Source: a virus (lineage: Duplodnaviria > Caudoviricetes). From it: a stretch of DNA of 45,337 nt. A program made the translations under genes and the position numbers. Numbering within the stretch: position 1 is the stretch's first letter; every line of letters starts with the position of its first letter. Where the stretch lies: the IMG/VR virus record IMGVR_UViG_3300017553_000155, positions 1 to 45,337 of that record; one strand, written 5' to 3'. Shown in pieces: positions 27,634 to 35,005 of the stretch. The notes beneath the pieces were generated by a model, which saw nothing but the letters and a program-made list of their open reading frames with translations, was not told the DNA's origin and did no database searches.

Positions 27634-27881
27634 GTCCGCTCGACCTCGCAATTCACAAACATCGATTTTGCTGTCTCAAGGACGCCGATGACTTCGTACT
27701 GGTTGAGATGATCGCCCCACAAAAACACATCGACCGCAGTTTCTCGCGGGATCATGACGACAACTTGATTTGCCGTTTCCTCGCCCCGCTCAAGTTTGTC
27801 GGCCATGTCTCTCATCATTGCAGCGATATCGCGCAAGGTATGATCGCGGCCCAGACTGATGATGTTCGTCAGCTCAACCAT
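27630..27881 (-). CDS. Hypothetical protein
   Basis: 83 aa ORF coupled to terL by an ATGA overlap. Confidence 0.65.
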   Translation of the reverse strand: MVELTNIISLGRDHTLRDIAAMMRDMADKLERGEETANQVVVMIPRETAVDVFLWGDHLNQYEVIGVLETAKSMFVNCEVERT

Positions 27882-27888
27882 GCATCAC

Positions 27889-27999
27889 CTACTTGCACCG
27901 GCTGTCGCTGAGATAATCAGCAAATCCGCAATGACGCTGATAAGGGGCTGCACACGAAGCCAGACCGATGAAAACCAGAAGCGCGAGGAATTTGGTCAT
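27889..27999 (-). CDS. Small lipoprotein (36 aa; not in the ORF track)
   Basis: MTKFLALLVFIGLASC-AAPYQRHCGFADYLSDSRCK with an LASC lipobox; ATGA-coupled to the upstream ORF. Confidence 0.65.
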   Translation of the reverse strand: MTKFLALLVFIGLASCAAPYQRHCGFADYLSDSRCK

Positions 28000-28262
28000 G
28001 ATCGAACGGCCTGCATTGAGCCATTGGCGACAAGTGCATTGAACCGCGCAGCTTTACGAGCGCGCTTGATCTCAGCTGCCGCTACACGATCCGCAACTTT
28101 CAGCTTTTCAGCCTTGGTCATTTTTTTTGGTGCAGGCGGAATGTATGGCGAACTCAAATCAACCTCACCCCTGCGAACTGGCTTCGGTGCTGATTTGCAT
28201 AATCCAGTGTTAGCCAGAACTGCAAATGTTACAGCAGATGCAAGACCAATCAGCTTACGCAT
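27996..28262 (-). CDS. Hypothetical basic protein with hydrophobic N-terminus
   Basis: GGAG RBS, MRKLIGLASAVTFAVLA... Confidence 0.6.
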   Translation of the reverse strand: MRKLIGLASAVTFAVLANTGLCKSAPKPVRRGEVDLSSPYIPPAPKKMTKAEKLKVADRVAAAEIKRARKAARFNALVANGSMQAVRS

Positions 28263-28320
28263 CTTGAAAACTCCAGACTGGTTGAAAAAAAATTGAAGGC
28301 GAGTTTCAGGAAGGGAAAAC

Positions 28321-28421
28321 ATCGTGTGTGAGGGTGGACTGGAGATTCAGCCCGCGATTTTTGGGGGCCACCCCGAAAAGGCCGCGAAACGAGAACAAAG
28401 GGGGGTGGGGGTGCGCGTTCT
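28321..28421. other. Candidate packaging initiation/terminus (pac-like) region
   Basis: Non-coding gap just downstream of terS with GGGGGGTGGGGG and TTTTTGGGGGCCACCCC tracts. Confidence 0.35.
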
Positions 28422-28973
28422 TCACTCATCAGGCAGAACGTCCCTCTGCAAACTCAAGGGCTTAGCATGTTCATCGCCCAGATGCTCAATCTGGTGAGAG
28501 CTTTCGGCCTGTGGTTTGCGACCAAACTCAGACAGGTCAATCACGTATCCAGCTGTCTCGACCTTGGTCGTGTTGTTGATCTGTACGTTCACAGCAGCAC
28601 CAACGGTGTGCGTGCCACGGTTCTGGCCATCGAGGTATTCAGCGGCCTTAAACTTCGTGCTGTCGTTCTTGCTGTCGAGCAATTCACCCATCGTGTGTAG
28701 CGCACGGGGCCGGAGGCTATTCCGTAACACGTCCTGACACTCATTTAAGTATGCAAGAGCATGGGGCTTGAGGAGAGCCACGCGGAGCGCTTCGTCCGAC
28801 ATTCCGGCGGTTTCAGCTGCATCCACACGCTTTTTGCCATCGAAGACCATAGCCTCAATAGCGATGCGCTGTTTAGGCGTAACCTTGGGCTCTTTTTTTT
28901 CTTTTCGGAGCTGTGCAGCGGCCTTTTGTGCTTTGGCGCTGTAATGTGCTGCTTTACGAGCGGGATAAACCAT
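28422..28973 (-). CDS. terS: Terminase small subunit (putative)
   Basis: HTH (RVDAAETAGMS) and helical oligomerisation segment; first gene of the late unit. Confidence 0.7.
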   Translation of the reverse strand: MVYPARKAAHYSAKAQKAAAQLRKEKKEPKVTPKQRIAIEAMVFDGKKRVDAAETAGMSDEALRVALLKPHALAYLNECQDVLRNSLRPRALHTMGELLDSKNDSTKFKAAEYLDGQNRGTHTVGAAVNVQINNTTKVETAGYVIDLSEFGRKPQAESSHQIEHLGDEHAKPLSLQRDVLPDE

Positions 28974-29039
28974 GGATGTCGCGGCTCAATCGGTTAATCG
29001 AATTACTCTGTGATTGCAGGAAGGGTGTGTCCGCGCGAA

Positions 29040-29076
29040 GCGATATCTGGAGGCGGAAAAGCACGCAAAGCACAGG
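29040..29076 (-). promoter_or_regulatory. Putative late promoter for the terminase unit
   Basis: CCTGTGCT-TTGCGT-N17-TATCGC. Confidence 0.6.
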
Positions 29077-29306
29077 TGAAAAGCGCAATGAAATCAATGC
29101 CCGGTCTGTGGATGGATTTTTGTGTCTATTTGGTCACACCTCAAAACGCTGCGAATTTCGCATGTTTGGGGTCGATTGTGCTGCGATGATTCACTTGTGC
29201 GTTGAGCACCACCTGAAACGTGTTATTCTCGCATTCTGTTATGCGGATGTGCTGCGAAATTCACATGATCGGCACTGATTTGGTCACCACCTGATACGAG
29301 GCTGGA

Positions 29307-29612
29307 ATGAGTACGTCTTACCCTGCACGGGATGCACCGGAGAATGAGCGTTGCCAGTGGTGGCGCGAGAACATCATGAAGCTGTCCCGGCCTGATCTGG
29401 CGGAACGTGTGGGTATGTCTGTATCGACGATCACGGATATAGAGCGTGGATATTACCGGGGCAATAAGGCGGTGATTGATCCTGCAGTCATGCAGCGCTA
29501 TCGTCTGGCATGTGCGGCTGTGGCGCTTGGTGTGCAATTCGACTGGCTATCGCTAAGCGTTGTTCCCACAGTACCGGTTGAGATCAAGATGATTGGACAT
29601 GTGACGCCATAG
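29307..29612 (+). CDS. XRE-family HTH protein
   Basis: LSRPDLAERVGMSVSTITDIERG; GAGG RBS. Confidence 0.75.
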   Translation: MSTSYPARDAPENERCQWWRENIMKLSRPDLAERVGMSVSTITDIERGYYRGNKAVIDPAVMQRYRLACAAVALGVQFDWLSLSVVPTVPVEIKMIGHVTP

Positions 29613-29628
29613 TGTGGATGGGGGCTTA

Positions 29629-30102
29629 ATGCAGCGGTTTATTCGAGAAGTGGCGTTGTGGCGCGATGAGCGCCATCAGCTAATCCAGCTTCACTACAAA
29701 AAACAGGAATTATATGCTGTTCATGGGGAGAGGATTAACAAAGCGAAGTTGGCTCAAGCGTCAAGGGATGAGGTTCAATATCTCGAATATGAAGAATGGG
29801 ATGCTGTCCGGTATGTCGATGAGCGCATATCTTCTATAGTAACTGACAGATTAATTCGTCAGTCGGTAAAGCATGGTGTCCCCATTCCTGACCGAGACAC
29901 TAAAGAATATTGGCAATACGCAGAAAATGAAGATCGCAGGGTTCTAACAACTAAGGGGGCAGCATTTCTTCGCCACCAAATCGCTAAAGAGCGCGAAATA
30001 ATGAGATCCCCGATTATTCATTGGGGCGGTCTGGGTATTAGCGTGCTGAGTTTGATTATCGCGATTATTGCCCTGATCAAGTCAGGTTCACAGGCTCAAT
30101 AG
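29629..30102 (+). CDS. Hypothetical protein with C-terminal TM helix (accessory gene)
   Basis: AT-richer ORF ending GLGISVLSLIIAIIALIK. Confidence 0.65.
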   Translation: MQRFIREVALWRDERHQLIQLHYKKQELYAVHGERINKAKLAQASRDEVQYLEYEEWDAVRYVDERISSIVTDRLIRQSVKHGVPIPDRDTKEYWQYAENEDRRVLTTKGAAFLRHQIAKEREIMRSPIIHWGGLGISVLSLIIAIIALIKSGSQAQ

Positions 30103-30189
30103 GCGAGCCGTGCTGAGCCGAGGCTGAAAAGACCGGATAAACCGGTTTATTGGGCAGTATGCGATTAATCGCAAATTCCAGATTTTTAG

Positions 30190-30435
30190 CTATTGTTCAT
30201 CTCGAAACTCACCACACCAATGACCGCGCTTGGTCAGGTTTGACGTAGAGCGTGGCAAGGAGCAATGCTGCAAGCCCAGACCTTCTGCAGCGTCATGCCG
30301 CTGATTTGGCGGGAACCGAACACATTCACCAACAATCGGATTAATCCAGCGCCAATAATCACACCCGGCGCAACATGGCCCCTTCTCGGCATAGAAGGCA
30401 TCAACGCTTTCCTGATTATTGGCAACGTATGGCAC
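30190..30435 (-). CDS. Small Cys-rich protein
   Basis: GTG start after the upstream stop; CAGCDYW...GECVRFPP...WCGEF pattern common in phages. Confidence 0.6.
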   Translation of the reverse strand: MPYVANNQESVDAFYAEKGPCCAGCDYWRWINPIVGECVRFPPNQRHDAAEGLGLQHCSLPRSTSNLTKRGHWCGEFRDEQ

Positions 30436-30436
30436 A

Positions 30437-30925
30437 TCATGCCTCTTGCTTCTTACGAGGCCGACGCGGCAGATCGACAAGAACAATCCCCACACGAACG
30501 CCACCAAGCCACAGCGGGAATATCTCCGGCCCCATTCCGCGCCCCTGTGGGCGGCCATAGTTTTCAAGCTTACTGGTGTAGCCTTCCTGCATACCGGATC
30601 GCGCATCGAGTTCGATGCTGGAAATGCCCATGTCGTTGCGGCGCTTGACCATGGCATCGATGAAATCCTGATAATTGGTAATCACGCCCGATACTGGTTG
30701 AAGACCATGAATGCGCCCATCTAGATCAGGATCAACACCACCGCGTGCAGCATCCCACTTATCGAGCGCGTATTCACTAAAATACGAGCGGCCAGATATT
30801 TCGATTGGCTCAGGGAATGATTTGTCGAGCTTGCGCCAATTGTGAACTGTGCGACGAGTGACGCCATAGCGCTCGCAAATATCGCCTATGCTAAGGTATT
30901 TCTGGTTTTTGTTTCGCGTAGCCAT
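30437..30925 (-). CDS. AlpA/excisionase-like wHTH fused to an XRE-like HTH
   Basis: YLSIGDICERYGVTRRTVHNW...FPEP; second HTH RRNDMGISSIELDARSGMQEGYTSKLEN. Confidence 0.7.
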   Translation of the reverse strand: MATRNKNQKYLSIGDICERYGVTRRTVHNWRKLDKSFPEPIEISGRSYFSEYALDKWDAARGGVDPDLDGRIHGLQPVSGVITNYQDFIDAMVKRRNDMGISSIELDARSGMQEGYTSKLENYGRPQGRGMGPEIFPLWLGGVRVGIVLVDLPRRPRKKQEA

Positions 30926-30960
30926 GTGAAAATCCGGGAAATTACGTGAATTGATGTGAA
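30926..30960. repeat. Four 10-bp-phased G(T/G)GAA direct repeats at the AlpA-XRE start
   Basis: GTGAA 30926, GGGAA 30936, GTGAA 30946, GTGAA 30956. Confidence 0.7.
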
Positions 30961-30973
30961 GCTGTCAGGGCCG

Positions 30974-31750
30974 TCACCACGGGATTTTTTCATCATCTTT
31001 CGGTTTTGGTGTCGTCACAGGCTTACGGTTGAAGATCACGTTCTCGCCAGCGTTTGGCAGATCGTTGAGGCAACCGTCTCCGCCAAGAGCTTCGAGACGA
31101 GCACGTGCGGCGTCCAGTGATGTGTCACGCTTCTCTGTCGCGTTTTCCTGAATTAGTGGCACTTCAACTGCTAAATGGTCTTTTGGTAGATCGTGGATCG
31201 AACCCGGTGCACCAAACAATTCAGCGGTAGGCGTGAGATAGAAATGATTAGCCGGGAGGATGTTGCGGCGGGCATATTGGGAGAATGCATCGAAGCTTTC
31301 GAATTTCATCAAGAGCGCACGGCCTTCGGTTTTCATCCGGTCACGCTCTGCCTTGACCTTCTCCAAAACATTCGGGTTTTTGACCGCTTGAGGTCGGTTA
31401 TCCTCGATCATGTTGCGGTTTTGAGCTAACTGGACCTGTTTTGTGACCGATGACATTTCCTCGCGAATAGCGTGAGCCAGTTCGGGCGCTAACGGGCAGT
31501 ACTTCCGGCTTATACCGTCGATTTCGCCACGAATAATCCGGTTGATCGTATGCTTGAGAGCATGGGCAGTTACGCCCTGAATAGCGATTATGTAGCCTTC
31601 AATCTGACCCTGCATGACGCGAGCCAATGCCGCTTCGTCATCGGTTTTCATACCCGATCCGCGCGGAGGAAGGACTTGGAAGAGCCGACGAAGTTCTGTC
31701 GTCATTTCCATCGAAGTAGCTTCCCTCAATCGTTGGTCCTGAAAAGTCAT
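30974..31750 (-). CDS. Replication-associated protein (P-like / helicase-loader position)
   Basis: Follows the initiator; KYCPLAPEL resembles the F.P...E motif of such proteins. Confidence 0.5.
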   Translation of the reverse strand: MTFQDQRLREATSMEMTTELRRLFQVLPPRGSGMKTDDEAALARVMQGQIEGYIIAIQGVTAHALKHTINRIIRGEIDGISRKYCPLAPELAHAIREEMSSVTKQVQLAQNRNMIEDNRPQAVKNPNVLEKVKAERDRMKTEGRALLMKFESFDAFSQYARRNILPANHFYLTPTAELFGAPGSIHDLPKDHLAVEVPLIQENATEKRDTSLDAARARLEALGGDGCLNDLPNAGENVIFNRKPVTTPKPKDDEKIPW

Positions 31751-32504
31751 TGTTGGTTTGCTCCATTCCCGAAATCACTAGGTCGAGCAGATCGACCGCC
31801 GCATTGCCTGAACCTGTCCGGCCCGGCGGTGCATGGCCACGAGGGCTGTTAGCATTCTGAAACCATTCCGATTTAAACCCCTGCCAACCGGATGAAATCA
31901 TCAGGTCAACTGCAGCGTTGGGGTTTTCGACCTTGGCAAATTCGCATGCGAGAAGCTTAGCCGCATGAGGGGTCATCGGCTTCTTGAGCGTCTTGCGATG
32001 ATCGATGAGAGCGTCTGCATGGCCTTCATCCAAGACCTTCATCAATTCGCTTTTGACGGATGCTTTTGCGGGCGCTTGCGCCTTAACATCTGAACTAAGT
32101 GAAGATGTATTAATTGGTGTAGTGGTGTCTTTAGTGCGTTTTTCGTGCGTTAATGGTGCGTTTTCTGTGCGTTCGGCATCCTGATAATGTGCATAATTAC
32201 AGATGGTTACATGCGTTTTCCCTGCGTTAGTTTCCAACGCTATCATTTCCTCGTTTTTTAGGGTTTTTAGGAAGGTGCGAACGCGGGTGTCTGACTTCCA
32301 TTTCCATGCATTTTGAAGCTCACGTAGAGTGCAAAAGAACGATCCAACAGGCACAGAAATCATCTGATTGCCGATACGGTGTTTCGTTTCTTTCCATGCG
32401 GCGCGACTGATCAACCACAGCCATGCCTCGCGCTCTGACATCGGTTCAGCCGCAAATAACTCGTGATCAAATATGGATGTTTGAACCCGAATCCACCGGC
32501 TCAT
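31638..32504 (-). CDS. Replication initiator (lambda O-like)
   Basis: N-terminal wHTH (REAWLWLI...W.W...VRTFL), internal iterons, C-terminal RK..KKPMT...GWQG domain. Confidence 0.75.
   Translation of the reverse strand: MSRWIRVQTSIFDHELFAAEPMSEREAWLWLISRAAWKETKHRIGNQMISVPVGSFFCTLRELQNAWKWKSDTRVRTFLKTLKNEEMIALETNAGKTHVTICNYAHYQDAERTENAPLTHEKRTKDTTTPINTSSLSSDVKAQAPAKASVKSELMKVLDEGHADALIDHRKTLKKPMTPHAAKLLACEFAKVENPNAAVDLMISSGWQGFKSEWFQNANSPRGHAPPGRTGSGNAAVDLLDLVISGMEQTNNDFSGPTIEGSYFDGNDDRTSSALPSPSSARIGYENR
32134..32228. repeat. Iterons / phage replication origin
   Basis: GTGCGTT at 32134, 32145, 32156 and 32167 (11-bp period), with in-phase variants at 32189, 32211 and 32222, inside the initiator gene beside an AT-rich stretch. 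Confidence 0.75.
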
Positions 32505-32659
32505 TTCTTGCCATCCAATGACCCGAAACGAGCCTTCTTACGGGTTTCATGGCTGCGCAGGATATGGATCATGCTCAGGACTTTGGCTTCGGGCAGGCCG
32601 ATGCGTTTGGCGATCTGGAGCGTGTCTTGGCCGCGACGGAAGAGCTGGAGAACGGTCAT
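32501..32659 (-). CDS. Small HTH protein (52 aa; not in the ORF track)
   Basis: MTVLQLFRRGQDTLQIAKRIGLPEAKV...; ATGA overlaps at both ends. Confidence 0.65.
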   Translation of the reverse strand: MTVLQLFRRGQDTLQIAKRIGLPEAKVLSMIHILRSHETRKKARFGSLDGKK

Positions 32660-32979
32660 AGCTCTGCCTCCAATTCCCGGCGGGTCCGGCGAACTGGCTT
32701 AGGCTTCATACGAGCTTTGACAGTGACAATGATCCCATCGCAGATGATCGCAATGAAGTCGTCAGCACGGATACGGTTGAAGCCCTGACGGCAAGCGCTT
32801 TCTACGGTCGGTGTAAGGATCAGCGCGCGCACCTGTTCAATTGTGAGGCCAGCAGCTTCACAGAACATTGCAGCGCGATCATATGGACGAGTACCAGCCG
32901 GAGGATAGCAATTGACGCCGAGGATACGGTGACAATAGCGCTCACAAGCGTGAAAGGTGACGCGGTTTGCGATGATCAT
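32656..32979 (-). CDS. Hypothetical protein
   Basis: VTFHACERY motif; translationally coupled. Confidence 0.65.
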   Translation of the reverse strand: MIIANRVTFHACERYCHRILGVNCYPPAGTRPYDRAAMFCEAAGLTIEQVRALILTPTVESACRQGFNRIRADDFIAIICDGIIVTVKARMKPKPVRRTRRELEAEL

Positions 32980-33071
32980 CGTTTCGCCTCCACATTCCGC
33001 CAGTCGGAACCGGATTCGATGATGCGCATGACGGCTTGATCAAACAGGTCAGCAAAGGCGGCTTCGCTCAT
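32976..33071 (-). CDS. Tiny coupled ORF (31 aa)
   Basis: MSEAAFADLFDQAVMRIIESGSDWRNVEAKR; AAGGAGG RBS, ATGA overlaps on both sides. Confidence 0.5.
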   Translation of the reverse strand: MSEAAFADLFDQAVMRIIESGSDWRNVEAKR

Positions 33072-33592
33072 GCGGCCTCCTTCACGGCAGGGCCGATAAA
33101 GCGCGGGCCGTCAATGTGCTGGTTGTGAAACCTCATCCAAGCCGCGTTGTCTTTGCCTGTATGTTTGGAACCTTCGATCCACTTCACTCGGCCAACAGAC
33201 ACGATGTGCGAGCAATTCTTGATGAAGGGAGCGGCTTGCTTTGTGTGTATCCAATCAGCGTCAAAAAGCAGCCAGGTTGGAGCAATCCTCTGGAAAAGCG
33301 TTATCATCGCGTGGAGAATGTCGCGCTGCCATGGACAATTTGAAATGATAGCGTCGAACACAGCATCCTGTTCAAAGCGATGCGTGAGCGCGTCATATCC
33401 ATAAGAAATGTCGCCTTCATAAGCGCAGACGAGACCGTGCTTTTGTAGATGACCGACAAGAGCGCCATCACCGGCACAAGGCTCTGCGAATGTGCTGACA
33501 CCATGCAGATGCGGGATCAGTGGGAGGACAGCCGAATAAGGCGTTTCATAGAAGTCGCGTTCACGGCGCACGAAATTTGATCTCTTGCCCAT
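33068..33592 (-). CDS. Short SAM-dependent DNA methyltransferase-like protein
   Basis: RDFYETP, motif I FAEPCAGDG, motif IV-like ISNCPW (canonical NPPY/F/W). Confidence 0.7.
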   Translation of the reverse strand: MGKRSNFVRRERDFYETPYSAVLPLIPHLHGVSTFAEPCAGDGALVGHLQKHGLVCAYEGDISYGYDALTHRFEQDAVFDAIISNCPWQRDILHAMITLFQRIAPTWLLFDADWIHTKQAAPFIKNCSHIVSVGRVKWIEGSKHTGKDNAAWMRFHNQHIDGPRFIGPAVKEAA

Positions 33593-34128
33593 TATGCAGC
33601 CCTCCCGACGACTTTCGCCATACGAACAGCAGACTGTTCAGATGGTGTACCTCTGCCGATTGAGCGTCTGTAATGCTCTTCGCAGTAAGGCTTTTCGGCC
33701 ATGGATTTGCAGCCGCAAAACAGGAACACGCCACCGGTGGGCACATCATTAACCGGCCATTTGCAGCCGCCTGCAGGAATGTTGTGCAGTTCAACGCGCA
33801 AGGAATTGGCATCGAAAAGAACCGCGGCTGTTTCTGGTGTGATCACTGTCGGTTCGACGGTCACAGGCTTAACGGCTTTGGGCTTCTTATGAGCGAGTTT
33901 TGCAGGAGCAAGGCCGCGTGTCCTACGTGCTTTAGCCGCTGCATCTGGATTGCCGCCGGGAACGCGGTCGAACCCGATTTCACGCAGATCAGCCCGGCGA
34001 TGAACCAGACCAATGACAGCGTTACGAGAGACGCCCTCGAATTTATCGGCAATCTCACTCGCAGAAAATCCGTCTCGGAGCATCTGACTGATTTGAGGAA
34101 TATGGCCCTCGTGCCAAACAGCAGTCAT
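33592..34128 (-). CDS. gcrA: GcrA-family transcriptional regulator (phage-encoded)
   Basis: N-terminal W...GFSASEIA...VSRNAVIGLVHR; C-terminal CKWPV...FCG...PYCEEH; GAGG RBS before ATG 34128. Confidence 0.88.
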   Translation of the reverse strand: MTAVWHEGHIPQISQMLRDGFSASEIADKFEGVSRNAVIGLVHRRADLREIGFDRVPGGNPDAAAKARRTRGLAPAKLAHKKPKAVKPVTVEPTVITPETAAVLFDANSLRVELHNIPAGGCKWPVNDVPTGGVFLFCGCKSMAEKPYCEEHYRRSIGRGTPSEQSAVRMAKVVGRAA

Positions 34129-34185
34129 TGAAAACCTCGTAAATCGAATTGGCACAACGCCGCGAACGGCGTTCGGCAAAGTCGA

Positions 34186-34611
34186 TCAGGCTGTTGGAGC
34201 CTGAACACCTTCCAGAGTTTCGAGAGTGACGATCAAACCGGGCTTATCGCCGTAGAACTTGCTGACCGTTGTCACAGCGCACTGAGCATCATCGACAAAG
34301 GCGATCTTGTTCATGCTGTCTTTGATGATCTTCGCGATGTTATCGCCGTCTGGCTTGGTGGATTTCCAAGCACCGTCAGGAGCAGCAAGGCGTTTTTTCG
34401 TGACCGTTTTCGGCCATGGATAGATTGCGGAGATCGTGAGGCGAACCGGCCCTTCAAATAAAGGCCGGTCGCTCATTGCCTGCGAACAGAAGTCACGGAT
34501 CACGCCCATGTAATTGCGCTGTTTCCCCGGCGTGAATTGAACCTTGCCGTGTTTGCCAGCACGCGCCCACGGAACTACATCACCCGGAACATGGAACGTG
34601 ATCCGATCCAT
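34186..34611 (-). CDS. rusA: RusA-family Holliday junction resolvase
   Basis: KPDGDNIAKIIKDSMN...FVDDAQ motif. Confidence 0.88.
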   Translation of the reverse strand: MDRITFHVPGDVVPWARAGKHGKVQFTPGKQRNYMGVIRDFCSQAMSDRPLFEGPVRLTISAIYPWPKTVTKKRLAAPDGAWKSTKPDGDNIAKIIKDSMNKIAFVDDAQCAVTTVSKFYGDKPGLIVTLETLEGVQAPTA

Positions 34612-34871
34612 TAGGACATACCCAACGCATCGCAGTACATTTGCAGCATGGCTTCTTCTTCCTGCCGCTCGTGATCTTCCTTCTTGCGAAGGCGGATAAT
34701 GGTGCGGACAACCTTGCTGTCGAAACCGCTGCCTTTCAGTTCTGCGTAGACTTCAGAAATATCGTCGCCAATCGTCTTCTTTTCTTCTTCGAGACGCTCA
34801 ATGCGCTCGATGAATGCACGAAGCTGACCAACTGCAATTGTCTGGGCTTCACTGGTAATATCGTCGCTCAT
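34611..34871 (-). CDS. gapR: GapR / DUF2312 (UPF0335) nucleoid-associated protein
   Basis: [17 protein letters not shown]...[11 protein letters not shown]...LRKK...Y..ALGM. Confidence 0.92.
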   Translation of the reverse strand: MSDDITSEAQTIAVGQLRAFIERIERLEEEKKTIGDDISEVYAELKGSGFDSKVVRTIIRLRKKEDHERQEEEAMLQMYCDALGMS

Positions 34872-35005
34872 TTCTTGTTTGCTCCATCGCTGTTGAGAAT
34901 GTCTTGCCGCACGCGCTGTTTTGCTTTGAGCAGCATTTTTTCATTGAAGGTGGTGAGTTTCCCGGTGAGCCAGATCAGGCAAACCGTGATTGCGTTTCTG
35001 ATCAT
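34868..35005 (-). CDS. Small hypothetical protein (45 aa)
   Basis: [15 protein letters not shown]...; ATGA-coupled on both sides. Confidence 0.5.
   Translation of the reverse strand: MIRNAITVCLIWLTGKLTTFNEKMLLKAKQRVRQDILNSDGANKK

Noticed and set aside
9721-27711. Many 60-290 aa plus-strand ORFs across the structural module (e.g. 21758-22642, 10258-10923)
   Set aside because: They lie antisense to well-supported virion genes and show no recognisable motifs.
28927-28936. Plus-strand TGTGCTTTGG resembling the late box (also TGTGCTTTCA at 1061)
   Set aside because: Mismatched, wrong orientation, inside coding sequence, and no suitably spaced -10; likely chance.
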